Of a stretch of 64,000 nt of DNA, positions 56,614 through 64,000 are shown piece by piece (the first letter of the stretch is position 1; each line of letters opens with the position of its first letter). The notes under the pieces were generated by a model. It was not told where the DNA came from and ran no database searches. It was given only the letters and a program-made list of their open reading frames with translations. The translations under genes and the position numbers were made by a program. Origin of the DNA: a virus; the IMG/VR virus record IMGVR_UViG_3300045135_001635; one strand, written 5' to 3'.

Positions 56614-56643
56614 AAAAGGGTGGGGAGCGAACCCCCCACACTT
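56614..56643 (-). terminator. hairpin / terminator between the fibre genes
   Basis: GTGGGGGG-TTCG-CTCCCCAC followed by CCTTTT. Confidence 0.65.
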
Positions 56644-56655
56644 ATAATTTAGATA

Positions 56656-59600
56656 TTAAACGTCCGTGTAAGTAACAGAAGCAGTAACTACCGCACCAGC
56701 TGAAACAGCTGCGTACGTTAATTCTACAACACCATTTACTACACGTACATCAGTGTCACCTAATAGGTCGTCACCAGTATAGATGATGCCGTACTCAGTG
56801 ATATATGCGTTTGTACCGTTATGGATAACTAAACACTCACGAGTTTCGAACTCACCATCCAACTCTACAGTTACAACATACTTCGCTGAACGGTATACGT
56901 CCATTGGGAATGAAGAAACAGTAGTAGATGAAGTACCAACAATAACGTCTGTACCTTGTTGGAATACTTTAACATTCGGAGCAAGAGTTTCTAACGTTAC
57001 AGAACCTGGATCAAGTACGCCAACAGATGTAGATGAAGTCGCAACCAATACTGCTTGAGTACCGACTGGGATAGCACCGTTAAACGTGATTGTACGGTTT
57101 TCTGTATCGATGAAGTAATGTACAGATGGATCCTGAATTACACCACCAACGAATACCATAGCATTCTGTTCAGTTACGTCGAAGTCGATAGCGAATACTG
57201 TTTGAGCACCGTCACCTTGGAATACTTGACGCTTAGAACGTGAGAACGATAATAGGTCTGGAGATACTAACTCGAAACCAGTACCGTCTGTCTTAGCACG
57301 TAATACGAAACCTTCTTTATCAACAATTGAATTGTCAACAACATCAGTAAGTTCAAGTACTGACTTAGATGTATCGATAGAGATTACACCGCCAGACTTA
57401 GATACGTTACCTTCACCAGCAACGTCAACAACGCTAATTGCGTCTTGTGCGCGAGCATCTGTGAAGTACTGGTTAACACCTTCAACAAGATCAGTAGTTG
57501 AGAACTGACTGATGTGTTGAGCAGCAAGACCTGCGTCCAACTGACCTTTGTTAACCGCATCACCAGCAACTGTACCGTTAGCAACACCAGAAACTTTGTT
57601 TCCGCCCATTGCCAATTCGCCTGACATTGTATCGCCAGACTTGCTTACTTTACCGTCTACAGCAGTCTGTAACGCAGTATCAGCATTTTCGCGAGCAGTT
57701 GCTTCAGCAGAAACAGCAGCAACACGAGCAGCAGTCTCATCAGAGATATCTACAGCATTTTGAGCGATGTCAGTTTGGTTTTGTGATACTAAACCAGTTA
57801 ATGTACCGTCAGCGCTTTGGAAAGCATCAACGATTTCAGTTAACGAGTCAAGAGCAGCAGAATCAACGTTTGACTTGATGAAGTCAATTTGACCTTGTAA
57901 TGCTTCGTCAGCAGCTACGCGAGCAGCAGCTTCGTCTACGATTGCTTGAGCGTTATCAGCTACACCAGTAGATAATACACCTTCAGCAGCAACAGCACGA
58001 GCAACTTCAGCGTCTAAGCTTGATTGTAGTGAAGAATCACCAGCAATACGAGCAGCTTCTTCAGCATCGATTTGTGATTGTAAACCAGACTCAACACCTT
58101 CAGCGCGTGATTTCTCAGCACCGATCGCAGCGTCTAATTTAGCATCAGCATCTTTAAGTGAAGTTGAAAGATCTAAGTGGTTTGAACCGCTTGGAGCAAC
58201 ATAAGAACCGTCAGTCGCAAGACCAGCACCTGACTGAGTAGCAGTCATTTCTGTTTCTAAAGCAGTAGCACGGTTTGACAATGCAGCGTCACCAGAAACA
58301 CGAGCACTTTCTTCTGCTGTGATAGCAGATTGTAGTACGTTATCCGCGTTCTCACGAGCAACAGCTTCGTCAGCTACGATTGTGTCAGCGTATACTTTCG
58401 CATTCGCTTCAGCAGTATCAGCTTTAGTAGAAGCATCAGAAGCAGCGTCAGCTTTAACTACCGCGTCAGCAGCAATATAAGCATTTTCTAAAGCAGTGTC
58501 AGCAGCAGCAAACTCACCACGGATTAGGGCTTCTTGACCTTCCGCACGTGATTGTTCTGTAGAGATAGCAATAGCGTTATCAGAAATGTCGCTTTCGTTC
58601 GTAGTTACACGAGCTTCGATTGCGTCAACTTCACCGTGTACTTCGTTAACAGCGCCAACGATGTTTTGTGAAGTAGTATCGAACGCACCAGTACCAACTT
58701 TAGTTTCTAAAGCATCGATGTCTGATTCGTTAGTAGTCAAACGACCATCTTGTTCAGCGTCTTTTGCTTCAGTAGCAGTAGCACGGCTTTCAAGTGAAGT
58801 TGCGCGTCCTTCGACAGCGTCCATCTCACCTTCAAGAACAGATACTTTACCAGCTTCAACGTCTAATTCAGCGTGGATTTCATTAACCGCACCAGATAAG
58901 TCAGTCGCAACAGTTTCTAAAGTAGCAGAGCCAACCTTAGTTTCTAATGCGTCAACGTTACCTTCTTCAGTAGTCATACGACCTTCTAAAGATGTAGCAC
59001 GACCTTCGACAGCGTCCATTTCTGATTCTAAAGTAGAAGCACGTCCTTCGACAGCGTCCATTTCAGATTCTAAAGTAGATACTTTACCAGCTTCAACATT
59101 TAGTTCAGCGTGTACTTCGTTAACCGCAGCAGATAAATCTGTAGCAGAAGTTTCTAATGAAGCAGAACCAACTTTAGTTTCAAGTGAATCAATGTCACCT
59201 TCGTTAACTGTTAAACGACCGCCTTGAGCAGATTGTTCAGTTTCTAAAGCAGTAGCACGACCTTCTAAAGAACCAGCGCGTGTTTCTAAATCAGTAGCGC
59301 GTAATTCAACCGCATCAATGTCGCCTTCGTTTACAGATAAACGACCAGAGTTAGCAGAGATAACAGCTTGGATGTCTGAATCAGCGTCTTCGAAAGCAGA
59401 AACGATTTCTTGTAATGTATCAAGAGTTTCTGGAGAAGTACCGATGATTGCGTCAACACGATCAGTTACTGTATCAACGTCAGTACGTAGACCAGCTTCA
59501 ACGCCAGTTGCGCGTGTTACTTCAGCAGCTAAGTCAGAAGTTAATACACCTTCCGCAGCAGTCGCGCGAGCGATTTCTGAAGATAGGTCTGAATCTAAGT

Positions 59601-62118
59601 TTGCGATTTCGCCAGAGTTAAGATCAATATCAGAACGTAAAGCAGCATCGCCAGCGATACGTGAAGCTTCTTCCGAAGAAATAGCAGACGCATTGGCTTG
59701 TTCAGCAGCAGTAGCACGTGATACTTCGTCAGCTAAATCAGAAGTTAATACACCTTCAGCAGCAGTTGCGCGAACAACTTCAGCAGAGATAGCATCAGCA
59801 TTATCTGAAATATCAGAAGCATTTTGATCAACATCAGAACGTAGAGCAGCATCGCCAGCGATACGCGCAGTTTCTTCAGCGTCAATAGCAGATTGTAAAG
59901 CAGTATCAGCAACACCACGAGCAGAAGCTTCATCAGCGATTGCTTGAGCATTTGCTTGTTCAGCAGCTTTCGCACGAGTTACTTCGTTTGTGATAGCAGC
60001 TGCGTTAGTAGCAACACCAGAAGTGTTAGCGTTAACGTCTGTACGTAAACCAGCTTCAACACCAGTCGCACGAGTTACTTCGTTAGAAATAGCAGTTGCG
60101 TTAGCTTGTTCAGCTGTAGTAGCGCGTGTTACTTCCGCAGCAAGGTCACTTGCTAACTGAGTATCAGCAGATTCACGAGCAGATGCTTCAGAGTCGATGT
60201 TAGTTTGTAAAGTAGAATCACCAGAAACACGAGCAGTTTGTTCTGCTACGATATCTGCTTGAGCAGTATCCATTTCTGTTTCTAATGTATCAGCACGACC
60301 TTCAAGGTTAGTAGCGCGTAAAGCAAGAGCGTTATCCGCAGCTTCACGAGTAGCAGCTTCGCTTGATACTTGACCGTCTGTGTAAGTGTTAGCAGCTTGT
60401 TGAGCAGATAAGATACGAGCAGAAACAGTGTTTCCAGCAGTACCGTCTACAGAAGCATCACCGATTAGAGCAGCGTCTTGTGCGTCAGCGTGAGCAATTG
60501 CGTCAGCTTCAGCTTGATCAGCTTTCTGAGTTGCGTCAGCTTTAGCAGAGTTAAGAACTACTGTATCAGCAGCAACAAAGTCAACTTCGATTTGATCGAT
60601 TTGTGACTGTAAGCCAGCGTCAGCAGAAGAACGTGAAGCAGCTTCAGCGTTGATGTTAGTTTGTAATACTGAGTCAGCAGAAGAACGAGCAGAAGCTTCG
60701 TTGTTGATTGCTGTAGTATTTGAAGCAACAAGCGCAGAAATCTCACCATCTACTTTCTGGAATTCAGCAACAATTTCTGTTAATGAATCAAGAGCAGCAG
60801 AATCTGTGTTAGAGATAACGTTGTCTAATTTAGCTTCGATGCGAGCTTCTTCGCCAGTAGCACGTAGAACTTCAGCAGCTAAATCATCAGCGATTGATTG
60901 TTCAGCGCCAGTAGCACGAACGATTTCAGCAGCAAGACCGTCAGTTAATACTTGGTCAGCAGCTTCCATAGCAGCTTCTAAATCAGATACTGATTGAGTC
61001 GCAGCAGAGATTGCTTGAGCTTTAGCAGTTGCGATACGGTCAGTAACTGTATTACCAGTAGAACCGTCAACAGATGCGTCGCCTACTAATAATGCGTCGT
61101 GTGCTTTAGCAGAAACTAAAGTCGCAGCATCACCAGAGTTGATAGCTGAAGTTAAGTCTGTACGGATAGCTGTATCAGCAACACCACGAGCAACGATTTC
61201 ATCTTCGATAGATGAAGCATTCGCAGCTTCTGCAGCAGTCGCACGAGCAACTTCGTCAGATAAATCAGATTGTAACTCAGAAATTTCTAAGTTAGTAGTT
61301 GAAATTTCAGCAGCAAGACCAGACTCAAGAGCGTCAATGTCGCCTTCAGCTGCAGTCAAACGTACGTCTAAAGCGTTGTCGCCAGAAACACGAGCAGAAG
61401 CTTCATCAGCAACAGCTTGAGTTAATGTAGCGTCAGCAGCTTGACGTGCTGTAGTTTCGTTAGCAATTGCCGTAGCGTTAGCTGTTTCAGCAGATGTCGC
61501 ACGAGTAACTTCGTTTGCGATAGCGCCAGAGTTAGCAATTACTGAAGCAGATAATACGTCATCAGCGTCTTGGAACGCTTCAACAATTTCTGCTAATGAG
61601 TTAAGAGCAACTTCATCTGTGTTAGATAAGATGTTGTCAATACGTAGTGAAAGAGCAGCGTCAGCAGCTTGATAGCCACTTTCGATTTGGTCTTCACGAG
61701 TTGTTGCGCGAGTTTGTTCTGCTACTACTGCGTCAGCATTTGCTTGTTCAGCAGCTTTAGCGCGAGTAACTTCGTTGTCAACTGCGGTTTGAAGCAATGC
61801 TTCAGCAGCAGACGCACGGTTACTTTCGACAGCAACAGCAGAAGAAATATCTTCAGCAACTGCGTCTTTTGCGCGAGCATCAGTAAAGAATAACGCATCG
61901 CCTTCTGCTAGATCATCAGTACTAAATGAACCAAAGAAGTCAGCGGTGTTAATTTTCTTTAAAGAGTCAGAACCAACATCATAGAGTAGAGTAAAACAAT
62001 CAGCTGGGTTAGCCATACCTGTTAGGGTAGACTGTCCCTGTACTGCACTTTCATCAAGTTTTGTGTTGATGACAGCCTTGTCGGCTAATGCAGGTGATTT
62101 AATTTGTCTAAATGACAT
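56656..62118 (-). CDS. giant coiled-coil fibre (1820 aa)
   Basis: EVTRATAAE-type 7+11 repeats, EMDAVEGRA tandem heptads, C-terminal YRSAKY..HNGT..TEYG domain. Confidence 0.8.
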   Translation of the reverse strand: MSFRQIKSPALADKAVINTKLDESAVQGQSTLTGMANPADCFTLLYDVGSDSLKKINTADFFGSFSTDDLAEGDALFFTDARAKDAVAEDISSAVAVESNRASAAEALLQTAVDNEVTRAKAAEQANADAVVAEQTRATTREDQIESGYQAADAALSLRIDNILSNTDEVALNSLAEIVEAFQDADDVLSASVIANSGAIANEVTRATSAETANATAIANETTARQAADATLTQAVADEASARVSGDNALDVRLTAAEGDIDALESGLAAEISTTNLEISELQSDLSDEVARATAAEAANASSIEDEIVARGVADTAIRTDLTSAINSGDAATLVSAKAHDALLVGDASVDGSTGNTVTDRIATAKAQAISAATQSVSDLEAAMEAADQVLTDGLAAEIVRATGAEQSIADDLAAEVLRATGEEARIEAKLDNVISNTDSAALDSLTEIVAEFQKVDGEISALVASNTTAINNEASARSSADSVLQTNINAEAASRSSADAGLQSQIDQIEVDFVAADTVVLNSAKADATQKADQAEADAIAHADAQDAALIGDASVDGTAGNTVSARILSAQQAANTYTDGQVSSEAATREAADNALALRATNLEGRADTLETEMDTAQADIVAEQTARVSGDSTLQTNIDSEASARESADTQLASDLAAEVTRATTAEQANATAISNEVTRATGVEAGLRTDVNANTSGVATNAAAITNEVTRAKAAEQANAQAIADEASARGVADTALQSAIDAEETARIAGDAALRSDVDQNASDISDNADAISAEVVRATAAEGVLTSDLADEVSRATAAEQANASAISSEEASRIAGDAALRSDIDLNSGEIANLDSDLSSEIARATAAEGVLTSDLAAEVTRATGVEAGLRTDVDTVTDRVDAIIGTSPETLDTLQEIVSAFEDADSDIQAVISANSGRLSVNEGDIDAVELRATDLETRAGSLEGRATALETEQSAQGGRLTVNEGDIDSLETKVGSASLETSATDLSAAVNEVHAELNVEAGKVSTLESEMDAVEGRASTLESEMDAVEGRATSLEGRMTTEEGNVDALETKVGSATLETVATDLSGAVNEIHAELDVEAGKVSVLEGEMDAVEGRATSLESRATATEAKDAEQDGRLTTNESDIDALETKVGTGAFDTTSQNIVGAVNEVHGEVDAIEARVTTNESDISDNAIAISTEQSRAEGQEALIRGEFAAADTALENAYIAADAVVKADAASDASTKADTAEANAKVYADTIVADEAVARENADNVLQSAITAEESARVSGDAALSNRATALETEMTATQSGAGLATDGSYVAPSGSNHLDLSTSLKDADAKLDAAIGAEKSRAEGVESGLQSQIDAEEAARIAGDSSLQSSLDAEVARAVAAEGVLSTGVADNAQAIVDEAAARVAADEALQGQIDFIKSNVDSAALDSLTEIVDAFQSADGTLTGLVSQNQTDIAQNAVDISDETAARVAAVSAEATARENADTALQTAVDGKVSKSGDTMSGELAMGGNKVSGVANGTVAGDAVNKGQLDAGLAAQHISQFSTTDLVEGVNQYFTDARAQDAISVVDVAGEGNVSKSGGVISIDTSKSVLELTDVVDNSIVDKEGFVLRAKTDGTGFELVSPDLLSFSRSKRQVFQGDGAQTVFAIDFDVTEQNAMVFVGGVIQDPSVHYFIDTENRTITFNGAIPVGTQAVLVATSSTSVGVLDPGSVTLETLAPNVKVFQQGTDVIVGTSSTTVSSFPMDVYRSAKYVVTVELDGEFETRECLVIHNGTNAYITEYGIIYTGDDLLGDTDVRVVNGVVELTYAAVSAGAVVTASVTYTDV

Positions 62119-62171
62119 TCGGATATCTCCTAGTTAGTTTTAAGTTTTTTACGATCGTTATAATATAAACA

Positions 62172-62537
62172 CTAACGAAATTTAATATAAATGTCCCAAC
62201 CTTGCGGTGGGATTTCAAAAAACTGAATAGAATTGCCAATAGTCTCATATGTTTCTTCAGGATGTTGTAAAACATCATTCACAAAAACATCAATAAGGTC
62301 TGCCCGAGCAGGCGTTCCATTCAACGTAAACAACGCAGTATCTCCTGGAGCAATTATGTGTTGTGCTTCAGGAATAGCTGTGTTATCATTAGTTGATGAG
62401 GAAGTACCTTCAATCAAGTCGAACAAGTTAGTCTCGTCGCCTGTATCGTTGGTAACTTGGTCAGCTTTAGATTTCGCTAAGTTGAACAAGCTTTCCGCCA
62501 ATACTCGGTTGAAAGACTTATTATTGATTACATTCAT
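62172..62537 (-). CDS. putative virion structural protein
   Basis: GD...FTL..VFVNDVLQ.P...Y...I.F..P module; late promoter at 62570-62577. Confidence 0.6.
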   Translation of the reverse strand: MNVINNKSFNRVLAESLFNLAKSKADQVTNDTGDETNLFDLIEGTSSSTNDNTAIPEAQHIIAPGDTALFTLNGTPARADLIDVFVNDVLQHPEETYETIGNSIQFFEIPPQGWDIYIKFR

Positions 62538-62643
62538 AGGGCAACACTATCTTTGTTATACAGTGACACTATTTATACGTTGAGAAGTTTACTAATTACG
62601 TAAATAGTAAGATAGAAATTTAAAGTAACTGTATTAGTCAATA

Positions 62644-63615
62644 TTATTTTATTAAAGTTCCGACTATTTTAAATGTAGTCGAGTTTACTGATACAGGCGT
62701 ACCTAATAATTGAACATAATCACCATTTATACTAACGTCAAATTCAGCTAATTCGTTAGTTGTAGTCACTGTACCATATTCAGTTGATATTGGAGTTACA
62801 TTATCATGAGTAATTAATAGTTTAGTAAGATGTCTTTTACCACCTTCTTCAACTTTGACTATTAATTCAGCTGCGTCATATAAAGTATGTCTGAATGTAT
62901 ATAGTACCGTTTCTTCTGTTGAAGTTGTATTTGATGTTTCAGATACAAGTGAAGATTCTGATAAGTTAATTTTTTCATTAGTATTAATATCACCAACAAT
63001 TTGAATACCATCTTCGCCCATAACCAAACGGTCAGAATCACGCCACATCATCTTGAACGTATTGTCACCATACGCCATATGTTTTAAAATCGTGTTAGAA
63101 CCGTTGTGGTATAACTTCGTCTCTTCGTCTGTACCGACAGTGAACGAGAATCCATCGTCTAAGATAAGGTCTGCGTCGATTGAAGCGCCTTCAGAATTAT
63201 ATGCTGCGATCTGTACGACTTGATTTTCGTCAATAGGGTAAACGAAAGAAATTGTTGAGCCGTCAGTTGCCGTGTAATCTATTCCTTGGTGAAGTAATAC
63301 ACCATTCAGATATACTTGGATTCTACGAGGGGAAGCAAGGTCGTATGAGAGGAAGTTGCCATAGTCGTCAGCGCCTGTAACGTTTTGTAACGTTCCATCA
63401 GACGTGTAGATATACGTATTGAAAGTACTGACAAGACCAGATTTAGCGTCACCGCCAACCTCAATAACTTGTTCAATACCGTCATATATTCTTTTTAGAT
63501 ACAGTTTACCATCGGCGGTGTTTACTGCTAACTCACCGAGATTTAACTGCTCTATTGTAGGGACATTCCCTGGGACTGCGGATCTGCGCAGTCTTATATC
63601 TACATTACGAGCCAA
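62644..63615 (-). CDS. virion fibre-associated protein with Mtd_N-like N-terminus
   Basis: IRLRRSAVPGNVP...LGELAVNTADGKLY; probable TTG start at 63615 after GAGGA. Confidence 0.7.
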   Translation of the reverse strand: MARNVDIRLRRSAVPGNVPTIEQLNLGELAVNTADGKLYLKRIYDGIEQVIEVGGDAKSGLVSTFNTYIYTSDGTLQNVTGADDYGNFLSYDLASPRRIQVYLNGVLLHQGIDYTATDGSTISFVYPIDENQVVQIAAYNSEGASIDADLILDDGFSFTVGTDEETKLYHNGSNTILKHMAYGDNTFKMMWRDSDRLVMGEDGIQIVGDINTNEKINLSESSLVSETSNTTSTEETVLYTFRHTLYDAAELIVKVEEGGKRHLTKLLITHDNVTPISTEYGTVTTTNELAEFDVSINGDYVQLLGTPVSVNSTTFKIVGTLIK

Positions 63616-63705
63616 TTTTGGCGTCCTCTTCATTCAACCCTTAGCAAAGGGAATAACTATAATAACAACGCGTCAATCGTATATACGATTATGTGACGCG
63701 TCTAA

Positions 63706-63999
63706 TTAATATGTACCGCCATCAATAGTATGAACGAATACTTCTCCTGCTGTAACAGAAAATTGATCAGAATCAAAAGAAGCAACACCAGCATTGGTGG
63801 TTGAAGCTAACTCAGCTGAAATTATAATTTCGTCACTTGCGTCGTTATAGGCTAAATCTATTCCTTCGCCAGCAGTTAAGAGGTTTGCTACCTCTGAGTC
63901 AATTAATTGTTCAAGCGTTGTGCCGTTAACTGTAAACGGAGCAAGAACATTAAGACCCTTGTTAATATCTATAACATCATTAGAAGCGTTATATACGAG
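63706..63999 (-). CDS. C-terminal fragment of a fibre/virion protein
   Basis: Frame open from the window edge: ...AGEGIDLAYND..GVASFDSDQFSV..IDGGTY*. Confidence 0.7.
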   Translation of the reverse strand, partial: LVYNASNDVIDINKGLNVLAPFTVNGTTLEQLIDSEVANLLTAGEGIDLAYNDASDEIIISAELASTTNAGVASFDSDQFSVTAGEVFVHTIDGGTY

Positions 64000-64000
64000 A

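Noticed and set aside
50719-62118. Repeats in the fibre genes as a CRISPR array or DGR template/variable pair
   Set aside because: The repeats are in frame with no unique spacers; the 60-bp pair is identical rather than adenine-variable; no reverse transcriptase or cas gene in the window

Overview
This window is 64 kb of a T4-like myophage genome with the marine/exo-T-even gene order, and essentially everything is coded on the minus strand. Reading right to left: virion accessory proteins; two giant coiled-coil fibres (1820 and 1946 aa) in the wac slot; gp13-14-15-16-17-18-19-20-67-68-21-22-23-3; uvsY-uvsW; gp55-47-46-45-44-dexA-62-regA-hsp20-43; uvsX-40-41; dsbA; then a hypervariable early region with five tRNAs. 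A sixth tRNA lies near gp44/45. Modification enzymes are inserted singly between core genes: GT25, GT32, UDP-glucose dehydrogenase, NDP-sugar epimerase, cytidylyltransferase, sulfotransferase, SGNH protein, five Fe/2OG-type oxygenases and a flavin halogenase. Best leads: (1) a possible virion protein glycosylation system, since one fibre carries about 39 Asp-Ser motifs and DSD recurs in gp23, gp14 and gp15; (2) a uronic-acid/AEP/nuclease locus in the slot where T4 keeps its DNA-modification genes; (3) an unannotated ~122-nt structured RNA behind tRNA-Ala; (4) a di-haem peroxidase lipoprotein among the tRNAs; (5) host-style stress controls (ROSE thermometer on hsp20, OxyR-like box on grx); (6) a lone antisense sigma70 promoter facing uvsW. 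All protein calls come from motif and synteny recognition by eye; no database searches were run.
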